Both the position numbers and the translations under genes were made by a program. The notes under the pieces were generated by a model. The model made no database searches. It was not told the origin of the DNA and worked only from the letters and a program-made list of their open reading frames with translations. This document shows, in pieces, positions 17,722-28,026 of a DNA stretch of 35,413 nt. The first letter of the stretch is position 1. The number at the start of each line of letters is the position of its first letter. Location: NCBI GenBank assembly GCA_037439545.1, contig JBBIVV010000018.1:6715-42127 (forward strand), in the 5' to 3' direction. The DNA is from a bacterium (GTDB taxonomy: Bacteria; JAMCPX01).

Positions 17722-18387
17722 CTATAGATACCTTGCGAGTCCCGAAAGCGGACAGTGTTCGCACAAGGGTTTTGTTCTGCAGTAGTTTTTTGCAAGTTCT
17801 ACGATAAGTGCATGGTACTCATTGAAAAGCGGGGTCTTATGCTCAAGATTATCCATAAACACCTGCTGAATCTCATCGTATCCCATCTGCTCATGGATAA
17901 GCCCATGCCTGCCGAGGACACGGCATGTATAGCTATCGACGACGAAAACAGGTTTATTGCATGCATAAAGGAGAATACTGTCTGCCGTCTCTTTACCGAT
18001 ACCTTTTATAGATAAAAGGTCATCCCTCAGCAATGAAGTTTCTTTTTTGCACATTGCATTTATGTTACCTTCATAGTTCATGACAAGGTAATCGGCCATA
18101 AGCTTCAGCCGTTTTGCCTTTTGATTATAAAAACCGGACGGCCTGATGAGCTGTGCTATGCTGGAAACCGGCTGACTGTGCAATTTACCGGGTGAGAGCA
18201 TATGTGCACGTTTGAGGTTTACAATCGCTTTCTCGACATTTGTCCATGCCGTGTTCTGTGTGAGGATAGCTCCTGCGATAACCTCAAAAGGAGAGTCCGC
18301 AGGCCACCAGTTCCTTTTGCCGAATCGCCTGTATAGTAACCCGAATATGTATTCAATCCGTGTTTTTTGAGAGTCTCTTTGACTCAC
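17722..18387 (-). CDS. HhH-GPD superfamily DNA glycosylase (endonuclease III-related)
   Basis: WWP.DSPFEV..GAILTQNT.W.NV, RPSGFY.QKA.RL, HhH LLSIKGIGKETADSILLYA, FVVD.Y, C-terminal Cys cluster. Confidence 0.9.
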   Translation of the reverse strand: MSQRDSQKTRIEYIFGLLYRRFGKRNWWPADSPFEVIAGAILTQNTAWTNVEKAIVNLKRAHMLSPGKLHSQPVSSIAQLIRPSGFYNQKAKRLKLMADYLVMNYEGNINAMCKKETSLLRDDLLSIKGIGKETADSILLYACNKPVFVVDSYTCRVLGRHGLIHEQMGYDEIQQVFMDNLEHKTPLFNEYHALIVELAKNYCRTKPLCEHCPLSGLARYL

Positions 18388-20972
18388 TGCTCGAACCTGA
18401 AGAACTCATTGCCATGCTGGGAGTTTATCTGTGCCGATGTTTGTGTCGGTTGTGTGCCTGAGACAAATGCCTCGAATTTTGCATCCGGAGAATTTGCCGC
18501 CGCAAGATAGCCTGTCTTTGAATCTATTCTTGCAAACACGACGCCGGGAGGTATTGGGAAATCACTGTCAGGATAGGGTGCAACGGCGTTTTTCATGAAA
18601 TCGAGCCATATCGGGGCTGCAGCATCGCCGCCCGTTTCGGCCATACCTAAACTCCTGTTGTCGTCGAATCCGACCCATACACCTGCAATGATATTTGGAG
18701 TAAACCCTATGAACCAAGCATCCCTGTTATCCTCTGTCGTACCGGTTTTACCGGCAGCGGGCCTGCCGATTGCACCCGCCCGCCAGCCTGTCCCGTGTCT
18801 GACGACATTTTTCAGCATGCTTGTCATAACATAGGCAGTTGCAGGATCGACGACATGTACCGTTGGCGTTGTCATCGATGTACCCGTTGTTCCCTGTGAC
18901 GATGTCGATGTGACGGTTGATGCCGTCAATGTTGTTGAGGAGATGAAGCTGACCGTATTGGGGACTACATTATTGCTCTCGATTACGGCTCCATTTCTAT
19001 CCACGATCCTTTTTATGTAATAAGGAGGAATAAAATCGCCATAATTCGGAAAAACATTATACGCCGAAACGAGGTCAAGAAGGCTTATTGAAGAAGAGCC
19101 GAGTGCGAGTGTGAGGTCATTGGTAAGCGGTTCTGTTATACCAAACTTTCTCGCAACATTTATGGCATATCCCACACCGATGGCATTGAGCAAGCGTATA
19201 GAAGGGTTGTTTTTTGAGTGCGTTATTGCGTCCTGCAGAGTAACCGGTCCTGTGAATGTTTTGTCATAGTTCCGGGGCTTCCATACGGTAGGAGTCGTCT
19301 GGGTCTCTCCCGTTTCTGTTGTTCCTGTTGTCGTTGCAGTGTACTGATAGACAACAGGCGTATCGAGAATGATCGAGGCCGGCGTATATCCTTTTTCCAA
19401 TGCAGCCGTATAGTATATGGGTTTAAAAGCAGAACCTGCCTGACGCTGTGCCTGGACAGCATGGTTGTATTGGGATTGTGCAAAATCATACCCGCCTACG
19501 AGAGCCTTTATACCTCCTGTGTCGACATTGAGTGCTATAATCGAACCCTGAATTTGAGGATGGGGTTCGAGGGAAAATTCAGAAACAGTTTTGCCTTTTT
19601 TTATAAGTTTGACAAGGATGACATCTCCGGTCTTCACTATCCTTTCCGGATCGGCCACAGGCGGATACCACTGCTCAGGATTGAATGGATGCGCCCAGCT
19701 CATGTTTATTGCCGTTATTATCCCTTTCTCCCCGCCGACATTGATCTCAACCCCCTTGTTTGACGGTAGAAAAGCGGTTACGACCGCATGATAAAGCTTG
19801 TCAGGCAGGACAAGATACTGAACAGGGATTGCGGTAGTGTGAGTCGTGTTTGAAGTGAGCATATAATAATCAGGGTATACTGCAAGTTCATTTTTTCTCA
19901 TCTGGTTTTCATAGTCCTGTATATCCTTGCTGCTCTTGAGATGTTCCTCAGGACCTGAATACCCCTGTTTCTTTGTTATCTGTTCAAGTCCTGTTTTGAG
20001 TGCCTTGTTTGCATACTTTTGCATTGCAGGATCGATTGTTGTATAGACTTTTAAACCCTGTTCGAGCACGGTATCCTGGCCGTACTTAGTGTATAATTGC
20101 TGCTTGAGCATTTCTAAGAAATAAGGGGCGTTATTCCTTACCTGGTAAATAGTGTTAAGAAAGATCTTCACCGGCTGATTGTATGCAAGATTTGCCTGTG
20201 TCTTCGTTATATATCCCTGATCTGCCATCCTGTTCAGTACATATTTCTGCCGCAGTTTTGCCTTTTGAGGAGAATTGATGGGCGAGTACAGATTCGGTGC
20301 CCGCGGTAAGCCGCCAAGGATTGCAGCTTCGGAAAGGGACAATTCGTTTGCTTTCTTGCCGAAATACATTTCACTTGCGCATTCTACGCCATAACATCCA
20401 TTACCGAGGTAGATCTGATTGAGGTATATGGTAATGATTTCGGCTTTTGTAAGGTGCCGTTCAAGCTGAGTGGCAAGAATGAATTCTCTTAACTTCCTTG
20501 TCACGGTTTTCTGAGGGGTGAGGAGAAGGGTTTTAACGAGCTGTTGGGTTATCGTACTGCCCCCCTGTACTATCTGCCCTGCTATAAGGTCCTTTATGGC
20601 CGCCCTGAAGATGGCTTCATAATCGACACCTCCATGCTGGTAGAAGGTCGCGTCTTCCGCTGCTATGAATGCCTGAGGAATGTACTTCGACATTTGATTC
20701 ATGGATACAGGTATCCTTCTTTGAATGAAGAATTGACCTATGATTGATCCGTCATCACCGTACACATTTGTTACCACAGACGGTTTATAATCCGTTATTG
20801 TATTTATCTGCGGTATATCGGATAGAATGTAAAAATATCCGCCCACGAGTATAAGAATACCGACTACTGCTGCACTGATAACGACCCATATCGGTCTGGT
20901 GTGTTTGCGTAATGGTTGAGGGCGGTCAGGGGATTGCTCCTGTTGCGCATCCTTATTTGCATCTTCTGTCAT
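18384..20972 (-). CDS. mrcA: Class A penicillin-binding protein 1A (transglycosylase/transpeptidase)
   Basis: N-terminal TM; GT51 motifs AAED..FY.H.G.D, GGSTITQQL.K, RKLRE, YLNQIY.G; OB-like insert; TP motifs GSAFKP, SKN, GKTGTT. Confidence 0.93.
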   Translation of the reverse strand: MTEDANKDAQQEQSPDRPQPLRKHTRPIWVVISAAVVGILILVGGYFYILSDIPQINTITDYKPSVVTNVYGDDGSIIGQFFIQRRIPVSMNQMSKYIPQAFIAAEDATFYQHGGVDYEAIFRAAIKDLIAGQIVQGGSTITQQLVKTLLLTPQKTVTRKLREFILATQLERHLTKAEIITIYLNQIYLGNGCYGVECASEMYFGKKANELSLSEAAILGGLPRAPNLYSPINSPQKAKLRQKYVLNRMADQGYITKTQANLAYNQPVKIFLNTIYQVRNNAPYFLEMLKQQLYTKYGQDTVLEQGLKVYTTIDPAMQKYANKALKTGLEQITKKQGYSGPEEHLKSSKDIQDYENQMRKNELAVYPDYYMLTSNTTHTTAIPVQYLVLPDKLYHAVVTAFLPSNKGVEINVGGEKGIITAINMSWAHPFNPEQWYPPVADPERIVKTGDVILVKLIKKGKTVSEFSLEPHPQIQGSIIALNVDTGGIKALVGGYDFAQSQYNHAVQAQRQAGSAFKPIYYTAALEKGYTPASIILDTPVVYQYTATTTGTTETGETQTTPTVWKPRNYDKTFTGPVTLQDAITHSKNNPSIRLLNAIGVGYAINVARKFGITEPLTNDLTLALGSSSISLLDLVSAYNVFPNYGDFIPPYYIKRIVDRNGAVIESNNVVPNTVSFISSTTLTASTVTSTSSQGTTGTSMTTPTVHVVDPATAYVMTSMLKNVVRHGTGWRAGAIGRPAAGKTGTTEDNRDAWFIGFTPNIIAGVWVGFDDNRSLGMAETGGDAAAPIWLDFMKNAVAPYPDSDFPIPPGVVFARIDSKTGYLAAANSPDAKFEAFVSGTQPTQTSAQINSQHGNEFFRFEQ

Positions 20973-20992
20973 CTTGAATCTCTTTTCATGAA

Positions 20993-21021
20993 AGTTTAAG
21001 ACAATAATTAATATTTTTCAA
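20993..21021 (-). promoter_or_regulatory. Putative sigma70 promoter of PBP1A
   Basis: TTGAAA (21021-21016), 17 nt, TAAACT (20998-20993), 20 nt upstream of the ATG. Confidence 0.55.
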
Positions 21022-21066
21022 CATGAACCTAATTTAATCCTGAATATACGGGGTTATTTATACGAC

Positions 21067-21558
21067 CTACCGGGAGGCATCTTTCTTGAGCTGTTTTATA
21101 CCTTCGATTACATCGAGCGACGATAATTTTACCCTTACATAGCCAAAGGGCGTTTTACCATAACACATCGAAGAGCCGTTCACCGTAAGGGTTATGACCC
21201 CGGCATCTTTAAGATGGATTATTGCAATCAATGGATTGTTATCAAGTTTATCAAGTATCACAGGGCTGAGTTTAGCAGTATCGATAGATGTGCTTGTAAA
21301 GTTTATCGATTTGATATTGATGAAAGGTATTACATTCAGGATCATGCCGCTGTACCCTGAAATATAATCTTTACCCTCGACACTGCCGTGTTCGACAGTT
21401 GTTCTGACCCCGAGTTGATCTATTGCGGTAAGACCTATATTGGTTTTAGGCATGGGTATGTAATCAGCTTCGCCCTGTAATATACCCATTGCATATATCC
21501 TATTGATAAACAGGGTAATAGTTGCCAATGCAAGCATCAAAATCAATATTTTTTTCAT
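21067..21558 (-). CDS. Hypothetical exported protein
   Basis: ATG 21558 behind an AAAGGTG SD; MKK + hydrophobic signal ending IYA; predicted beta-rich mature part; no family recognised. Confidence 0.75.
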   Translation of the reverse strand: MKKILILMLALATITLFINRIYAMGILQGEADYIPMPKTNIGLTAIDQLGVRTTVEHGSVEGKDYISGYSGMILNVIPFINIKSINFTSTSIDTAKLSPVILDKLDNNPLIAIIHLKDAGVITLTVNGSSMCYGKTPFGYVRVKLSSLDVIEGIKQLKKDASR

Positions 21559-21595
21559 TAAAATAACACCTTTTTCAGCTTGATAATACGGTATA

Positions 21596-21624
21596 AATGT
21601 ATTATATATATAATGTAATTGCAA
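21596..21624 (-). promoter_or_regulatory. Possible promoter of the exported hypothetical gene
   Basis: TTGCAA (21624-21619), 17 nt, TACATT (21601-21596); the region is AT-rich, so chance matches are possible. Confidence 0.4.
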
Positions 21625-21706
21625 GATAAATATTTGCTTATGACAGGATTGACCATTATGTTTATCCTTTATTTGTTTCAGGCATCATTACAAAAAAAAG
21701 CCTTTA

Positions 21707-21735
21707 TTGACTTTTTTATTAATTTTGTATAGCAT
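21707..21735 (+). promoter_or_regulatory. Putative sigma70 promoter of the carD operon
   Basis: A-tract upstream, TTGACT (21707-21712), 17 nt, TAGCAT (21730-21735); SD AAGGAGG at 21749-21755. Confidence 0.65.
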
Positions 21736-21761
21736 AGTAAAGTTTTACAAGGAGGCTTGTA

Positions 21762-22244
21762 ATGTTCAAAGTTGGTGATATCGCTGTTTATCCTGCTCAT
21801 GGGGTGGGAAAAATAATTGCTATAGAGATGAAAGAAGTGGGAGGGGCAAAGTATACCTTTTATGTGATGAATATACTTGAAAACAATATGAAGGTTATGG
21901 TACCGACGAACAATGCGAACGCAGTCGGGTTAAGAAGGGTAATTTCGCACGATATGGTACCAAAGATATTTGATATATTCAGAGAAAAGAGGATCACTGT
22001 CGACAGTCAGACCTGGAACAGGAGATTCAGGGAGTACACGGAAAAGATAAAAACAGGATCGGTATTCGAGATAGCAGAGGTGCTTAAGGATCTATTTTTG
22101 CTCAAAACACAGAAAGAGCTTTCCTTCGGTGAAAGAAAGCTTCTTGACACGGCACGGAACCTTCTTTTAAAGGAGTTGGTTATTGTAACAGGTAAGGAAG
22201 AAGAGGTTCTTGAAAAGGAAATAAATAGTATTTTTGGCAGGTAA
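21762..22244 (+). CDS. carD: CarD/CdnL family RNA polymerase-binding regulator
   Basis: MFKVGD.AVYP.HGVG, VP....VGLR, conserved Trp in TWNRRFRE, LSFGE...L..A..LL..E. Confidence 0.96.
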   Translation: MFKVGDIAVYPAHGVGKIIAIEMKEVGGAKYTFYVMNILENNMKVMVPTNNANAVGLRRVISHDMVPKIFDIFREKRITVDSQTWNRRFREYTEKIKTGSVFEIAEVLKDLFLLKTQKELSFGERKLLDTARNLLLKELVIVTGKEEEVLEKEINSIFGR

Positions 22245-22299
22245 TTTTTGCAATTCTTAGAAGAGGATCTATATTTTATGATGGAAAGGATGGTTAATA

Positions 22300-23319
22300 A
22301 TGGGACTTATTCTATTAAGGTTGTTGGTCCTGATATTTTCAGGATTAGGGGGATACATAATATCCCTGAAATTGCTCCAACAGCCCCCGCTTGCTTTAGC
22401 AGGGGCTTTGGTGGGCGTGGCGCTTGGTTTATTAACGATATTATTTGAACGGCTGATAAGAAAACAGCACATCAAAGCAATCATCGGCGGCTCAGTAGGA
22501 CTGATCCTCGGACTGGTTGTCAGTAATCTGTTCACGTACGGTGTGTTGCGGGACCTGCTCGATGAACCGTCTGTAAGCCTTTCAATCTATATAGTGCTCA
22601 ATCTTCTTTTGGGTTATGTCGGATTGATCATCGGCGCACATAAAGGGGCTGAGTTTGATCCCGTAGAGCTGAAGGCCGGTGCAACACCTGCAAACACTGC
22701 TGCAAGTTATAAACTGCTCGATACATCGGTAATCATAGATGGAAGGATAGCCGATGTATGTGAAACCGGCTTCATAGAAGGAGTGTTTTTACTCCCGCAG
22801 TTTGTACTTCAGGAACTCCAGTATATTGCCGACTCCGCTGACCCGCTGAAGAGAACAAGGGGCCGGAGAGGACTTGATATTCTGAAGCGCATGCAGAAGA
22901 TGACGGACATAGAGATCAGGGTGACGGAGCAGGACTTTCCCAAGATCAAGAGCGTCGATGCAAAGCTTGTAGCCCTTGGCAAGAAGTTGAATGCAAAGGT
23001 TATAACAAATGATTTCAACCTCAACAAAGTTGCGGAACTGCAGGGTGTGACCGTGCTGAACCTGAATCAACTCTCGAATGCACTAAAGCCGGTCGTCATA
23101 CCGGGCGAGTTCATGAGGCTCAAGGTTATCAAAGAAGGCTCCGAGTCAAATCAGGGTGTTGCGTACCTTGATGACGGCACCATGGTCGTCGTCGACAATG
23201 GAAAGCGGCTTATAGGCAAGACCATCGATACCGTTGTGACAAGCGTTCTCCAGACAACGGCAGGGAGAATGATTTTTGCAAAACCGAAAGAAGAAAATGG
23301 GGGGTCCCAGCATCAATAG
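22300..23319 (+). CDS. Membrane-anchored PIN/TRAM domain protein (YacL-like)
   Basis: Four N-terminal TM segments, PIN LDTSVIIDGRI, RGRRGLDIL, TND.NLNKVA, TRAM G..QGV.YLDDGTMVVV, TSVLQT.AGRMIFA. Confidence 0.93.
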   Translation: MGLILLRLLVLIFSGLGGYIISLKLLQQPPLALAGALVGVALGLLTILFERLIRKQHIKAIIGGSVGLILGLVVSNLFTYGVLRDLLDEPSVSLSIYIVLNLLLGYVGLIIGAHKGAEFDPVELKAGATPANTAASYKLLDTSVIIDGRIADVCETGFIEGVFLLPQFVLQELQYIADSADPLKRTRGRRGLDILKRMQKMTDIEIRVTEQDFPKIKSVDAKLVALGKKLNAKVITNDFNLNKVAELQGVTVLNLNQLSNALKPVVIPGEFMRLKVIKEGSESNQGVAYLDDGTMVVVDNGKRLIGKTIDTVVTSVLQTTAGRMIFAKPKEENGGSQHQ

Positions 23320-23323
23320 CAGT

Positions 23324-24004
23324 ATGAGAATAACAGCCATAGTTCCGGCTGCAGGCAGGGGGGTAAGACTGGACCCATCGATGCCAAAGCAATTTATAGA
23401 GATAGAAGGCAAGCCCATCCTGATACATACTTTAAGCGCGTTAGAGAGGGTGGATAGGATCGATGATATAATTGTTTCAGCCCATTCTTCAGAAATAACT
23501 CTTATAAAGAAACTTATACAGGGCTTTGGCATTAAAAGGGTAACAGAGGTGGTTGCTGGCGGGACTGAAAGGACTCTGTCGGTGAGGAACGCCTTTAACA
23601 GGATCAAATCGGCAGATTACGTACTTATTCATGATGCGGTCAGGCCGTTCATAACGGATCAGGCATTTATTGATATAATAAATGCAGGGATTTTACACCA
23701 CGCTGTTATAAGTGCAATACCGGTGACAGACACGGTAAAACTTATAGACAAGGACAATATGATTACAATGAATGTCGATCGTAATGGTTTGTGGCTTGCT
23801 CAAACACCCCAGGTCTTTCACTATAACGTGCTGGCAGAAGCCTACCGTAAGTACGATAAACACCCGGTAGATGTTACGGATGAAGCAGGGATAGTCGAGC
23901 TTGCAGGAATAAAAGTCAAAGTAGTGGCCGGCAGCACATTGAATATCAAAATAACGACAGAGGCCGACTTGAAACTCGGCAGATTGATAGCAGGCATGCA
24001 ATGA
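23324..24004 (+). CDS. ispD: 2-C-methyl-D-erythritol 4-phosphate cytidylyltransferase
   Basis: AIVPAAG.G.R....PKQF, GG.ER..SV, LIHDA.RPF, AQTPQ.F, TDEA, NIKITT..DL; start set at ATG 23324, just after the PIN/TRAM stop. Confidence 0.95.
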   Translation: MRITAIVPAAGRGVRLDPSMPKQFIEIEGKPILIHTLSALERVDRIDDIIVSAHSSEITLIKKLIQGFGIKRVTEVVAGGTERTLSVRNAFNRIKSADYVLIHDAVRPFITDQAFIDIINAGILHHAVISAIPVTDTVKLIDKDNMITMNVDRNGLWLAQTPQVFHYNVLAEAYRKYDKHPVDVTDEAGIVELAGIKVKVVAGSTLNIKITTEADLKLGRLIAGMQ

Positions 24005-24474
24005 ATAGAATAGGTATCGGTTATGACATTCACAGGCTTGTTAAAGGCAGAAGGCTTATTATCGGCGGCGTTCATATACCGTATGAAAAAGGATTGCTCG
24101 GCCATTCGGATGCCGATGTGCTCCTGCATGCGATAAGCGATGCAATATTGGGTGCTGTTTCCCGTGACGACATCGGCACCTATTTCCCTCCGGACGACGA
24201 TAAATACAAAAACATGAATAGCGTTTCAATACTGAAAAAGGCATTGGCGGTTGCAAAGAAAGACGGCTACCGCATTCTGAATGTAGACAGCGTAATTATT
24301 GCCGAGGAACCGAAGCTATCGAAGTATTACAAGCAGATCATCGATTCCCTGTCGGAAATAACAGGGCTTTCTGCATCTTTTATAGGCCTTAAAGCAAAGA
24401 CAAATGAAGGGTTGGACGCTTCCGGCAAAGGCGAAGCAATTGCAACTTATGCTGTCGTACTGCTGGAAAAGTAA
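24001..24474 (+). CDS. ispF: 2-C-methyl-D-erythritol 2,4-cyclodiphosphate synthase
   Basis: RIG.GYDIH, GHSDADVLLHA..DA.LGA, DIG.YFP, KAKTNE; ATGA overlap with ispD. Confidence 0.96.
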   Translation: MNRIGIGYDIHRLVKGRRLIIGGVHIPYEKGLLGHSDADVLLHAISDAILGAVSRDDIGTYFPPDDDKYKNMNSVSILKKALAVAKKDGYRILNVDSVIIAEEPKLSKYYKQIIDSLSEITGLSASFIGLKAKTNEGLDASGKGEAIATYAVVLLEK

Positions 24475-24475
24475 C

Positions 24476-25930
24476 ATGCCGCTCAAAATTTATAACACGT
24501 TAACACAGAACAAACAGGAATTTAAACCGATTAAAGAAAATCATGTCGGCATGTATGTGTGCGGTGTCACGGTCTATGACTTGTGCCATATAGGTCATGC
24601 CCGCTCGGCAATAGTGTTCGACACAATCTACAGGTACCTCAAGACAAAAGGGTATGACGTTACTTTTGTAAAAAACTTTACGGACATAGACGATAAGATC
24701 ATTAACCGGGCACACAAGGAAGGCTTAACAACGTCCGAGGTCTCCGAAAAGTATATTGAAGAATACTATAAAGATATGGACAGGCTTGGCCTGAAAAAGC
24801 CCACGCATGAACCACGGGCAACAGTACATATTCAGGATATCGTCAATTTTATAAAAGGATTGATAGACAGAGGCTATGCGTACGAATCAAACGGGGATGT
24901 GTATTTCTCCGTCAGAAAGTTCGGCGGCTACGGCAAGTTATCGGGCAAGAATATAGAGGACCTTGAAGCAGGCGCAAGGGTCGAAGTGGGAGAAGCCAAA
25001 CATGACCCGCTTGATTTCGCATTGTGGAAAAAGAGCAAGTCAGGAGAACCTTTCTGGGAAAGCCCGTGGGGACAGGGCAGGCCGGGCTGGCATATAGAAT
25101 GTTCCGCTATGAGCACGCATTATCTCGGTGAAAATTTTGATATACACGGCGGCGGCATGGACTTGATCTTTCCGCACCACGAGAACGAGATTGCACAGTC
25201 GGAAGGATTAACGAGCAGGCATTTTGTCAATTACTGGATACACAATGGTTTCGTGCAGATAAACAGGGAAAAGATGTCGAAGTCACTGGGTAATTTCTTT
25301 ACCATCAGAGAGATACTTGATAAGTATGAACCCCAGGCATTGAGACTATTTGTCCTTATGCACCATTACAGGAACCCCATAGATTTTTCAGACCAGTCGC
25401 TCAAAGATGCTGAAAAGGCCCTGTATCGGGGATATGCGAGTCTGAGGCTCATCCAGAGCCTTCCTGCACAGGGGAAGCCGCTATTGGCATCTGAAAAGCT
25501 CGACAGCTTCACGGAGAAGCTTCCCGGGTCGTATGATGGTTTTTATGGCGCGATGGACGATGATTTTAACACAGCAGGCGCGCTCTCAAGCCTGTTCGAT
25601 GTAATGCGGCTCATCAATACCTACTTCAAAAATGCGACGGCAAAGCACGAGACCGTAGAAAAACTGAAAGCATTTTTAAAATCCGCAACAGACATCCTCG
25701 GCGTGTTTGACCACGACCCGCAGTTGTTCCTTGCATCAAGGCGTGAAAAGAGACTTACGGATCTCGGCCTGACGAAAGAAAACATAGAAGACAGGCTTTC
25801 ACAGAGAACACTGCTGAGAAAGGACAAGCGTTTCAAAGAGGCTGATGAGGTAAGGTCAGGACTTTTAAAACAGGGAATAGCCATCATGGACACAGCACAA
25901 GGGACTGTCTGGGAGATAGCGGAAGAGTAA
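24476..25930 (+). CDS. cysS: Cysteine--tRNA ligase
   Basis: [52 protein letters not shown]; start at ATG 24476. Confidence 0.98.
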   Translation: MPLKIYNTLTQNKQEFKPIKENHVGMYVCGVTVYDLCHIGHARSAIVFDTIYRYLKTKGYDVTFVKNFTDIDDKIINRAHKEGLTTSEVSEKYIEEYYKDMDRLGLKKPTHEPRATVHIQDIVNFIKGLIDRGYAYESNGDVYFSVRKFGGYGKLSGKNIEDLEAGARVEVGEAKHDPLDFALWKKSKSGEPFWESPWGQGRPGWHIECSAMSTHYLGENFDIHGGGMDLIFPHHENEIAQSEGLTSRHFVNYWIHNGFVQINREKMSKSLGNFFTIREILDKYEPQALRLFVLMHHYRNPIDFSDQSLKDAEKALYRGYASLRLIQSLPAQGKPLLASEKLDSFTEKLPGSYDGFYGAMDDDFNTAGALSSLFDVMRLINTYFKNATAKHETVEKLKAFLKSATDILGVFDHDPQLFLASRREKRLTDLGLTKENIEDRLSQRTLLRKDKRFKEADEVRSGLLKQGIAIMDTAQGTVWEIAEE

Positions 25931-25937
25931 CTCCATT

Positions 25938-27932
25938 ATGGCACAATTCAAGTTAGTTTCCGATTATAGGCCGAACGGCGATCAGCCCGGGGCAATAGCA
26001 CAGCTTGTTGATGGTCTCAGGACAGGTCACCAGCACCAGACTCTGCTCGGCGTAACGGGTTCAGGAAAGACCTTTACCATGGCTCATGTTATAGAGCAGA
26101 TCCAGCTCCCGGCCCTCATCATGGCACCGAACAAGACGCTCGCAGCCCAGCTCTATACCGAGATGCGCGAGCTGTTCCCTGACAATGCGGTCGAGTACTT
26201 TGTGAGCTACTACGATTATTACCAGCCGGAGGCATACAAGCCCGAGACAGACACTTTCATCGAGAAAGATGCATCCATAAACGATGAGATAGACAAGCTC
26301 AGGCATTCAGCGACACATTCGCTCCTTGAAAGAGAGGATGTCATAATCGTTGCAAGCGTGTCGTGCATATACGGGCTGGGATCGCCTGAGGCTTACAAAG
26401 GTATGCTCGCTTATGCAGAGACAGGCAGGAAACTCAACAGAGACGAATTCATCCATAAGCTCGTAAAGATCCAATACAACAGGAACAACTATGATTTTTA
26501 CAGGGGCGTTTTCAGGGTCATGGGCGATGTTGTCGAGGTATTTCCTGCTTATGAAAACGACCGTGCATTGCACGTGGAATTTTTTGGAGATACCGTCGAT
26601 ACAATCTATACCTTCGATCCTGTCAGGGGCGTGAAAAAAGATATGCTCAAGCGTGTGGTAATCTACCCTGCAAGCCATTATGTGACAGAAGAGCACGTAT
26701 TGAACCGTGCGGTAGAGTCAATAAAGCAGGAGCTTGCCGCTCGGTTAAAGGAGTTGAGGCAGGCGGATAAGCTGCTTGAAGTCGAGCGGCTTCAGAGGCG
26801 GACGCTGTATGACCTCGAGATGCTTGAAGAGATGGGGTACTGCACCGGTATTGAAAATTATTCAAGACACCTCAGCAACAGGGCTCCGGGAGACCCTCCG
26901 CCGACACTGTTTGATTATTTCCCTTCCGGTTTTTTGACGTTCATCGATGAGAGCCATATAACCGTTCCACAGATAGGAGGCATGTATGAAGGTGACCGCA
27001 GCCGTAAAAAGACACTGGTTGAATATGGATTCAGGCTGCCGTCTGCACTTGACAACAGGCCTCTTAAGTTCCAGGAGTTCGAACAAAGAGTAAATAAAGT
27101 CGTGTATGTATCGGCAACACCTGCCGCTTATGAAATAAACAAATCTCAGGGCAGGGTGATCGAACAGGTAATCAGGCCGACAGGCCTTGTCGATCCTGAG
27201 ATCATTATCAAAAGTGCGGGCAATCAGGTCGATACCCTTCTTAGCGAGATAAGAAGCCGCGTTGAAAACAAAGAAAGGGTGCTCGTTACGACACTGACCA
27301 AGCGTATGGCGGAAGAACTTACGGAGTATTATGCAGGGCTCGGCATAAAGGTAAAATACATGCACTCTGACATAGAAACACTCGAGCGGGTGGACATCAT
27401 AAGGGATCTCAGGCTGGGCACGTTCGATGTATTGATAGGCATAAACCTCCTGAGAGAAGGGCTTGACCTGCCGGAGGTATCGCTCGTTGCAATACTCGAC
27501 GGGGACAAAGAAGGATTTTTAAGATCAGCCCGCTCTTTGATCCAGACCATTGGAAGGGCATCCAGGAATGTGAACGGGACGGTAATTATCTTTGCGGATG
27601 TCATGACGAAATCTATCCGTGAGGCGGTAAGCGAAACAAACAGGAGGCGTATAAAACAGCTCAGATACAATGAAGAACACGGTATCATACCCGAGACCAT
27701 TAAGAAGAATATCCAGGAGATACGCACGTCCCTTTATGAGCAGGATTATTACACAGTCCCCATTGCAACTGCGGAGGGTATGAAGGAATATGTGAAGCCG
27801 GATAAAATACCCGGTATGCTCAAAGAGCTTGAAAAAGAGATGCGCAAGGCTGCAAAAGCCCTTGATTTTGAGAAGGCAGCACAGTTCAGGGACCGCATCA
27901 AGGTACTAAAAGACGCATACATAACGGCGTAA
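25938..27932 (+). CDS. uvrB: Excinuclease ABC subunit UvrB
   Basis: [28 protein letters not shown] beta-hairpin, [29 protein letters not shown]-terminal UVR domain. Confidence 0.99.
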   Translation: MAQFKLVSDYRPNGDQPGAIAQLVDGLRTGHQHQTLLGVTGSGKTFTMAHVIEQIQLPALIMAPNKTLAAQLYTEMRELFPDNAVEYFVSYYDYYQPEAYKPETDTFIEKDASINDEIDKLRHSATHSLLEREDVIIVASVSCIYGLGSPEAYKGMLAYAETGRKLNRDEFIHKLVKIQYNRNNYDFYRGVFRVMGDVVEVFPAYENDRALHVEFFGDTVDTIYTFDPVRGVKKDMLKRVVIYPASHYVTEEHVLNRAVESIKQELAARLKELRQADKLLEVERLQRRTLYDLEMLEEMGYCTGIENYSRHLSNRAPGDPPPTLFDYFPSGFLTFIDESHITVPQIGGMYEGDRSRKKTLVEYGFRLPSALDNRPLKFQEFEQRVNKVVYVSATPAAYEINKSQGRVIEQVIRPTGLVDPEIIIKSAGNQVDTLLSEIRSRVENKERVLVTTLTKRMAEELTEYYAGLGIKVKYMHSDIETLERVDIIRDLRLGTFDVLIGINLLREGLDLPEVSLVAILDGDKEGFLRSARSLIQTIGRASRNVNGTVIIFADVMTKSIREAVSETNRRRIKQLRYNEEHGIIPETIKKNIQEIRTSLYEQDYYTVPIATAEGMKEYVKPDKIPGMLKELEKEMRKAAKALDFEKAAQFRDRIKVLKDAYITA

Positions 27933-28026
27933 AGAGAGGGTTAGAAGTGTGTCCGTCCCGCTCAACCCCACCCATAGAGGGAAAGAATTGTCCGCTTTTT
28001 GCTCTGCGTCGTCCGCACTTCCAACA

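Noticed and set aside
21601..21614. 14-bp palindrome ATTATATATATAAT
   Set aside because: Mostly a TA dinucleotide run in an AT-rich spacer; symmetry is expected by chance.
23324..24474. Frameshifted bifunctional ispDF fusion
   Set aside because: Both ORFs are complete with a normal ATGA overlap; separate ispD and ispF genes are common.
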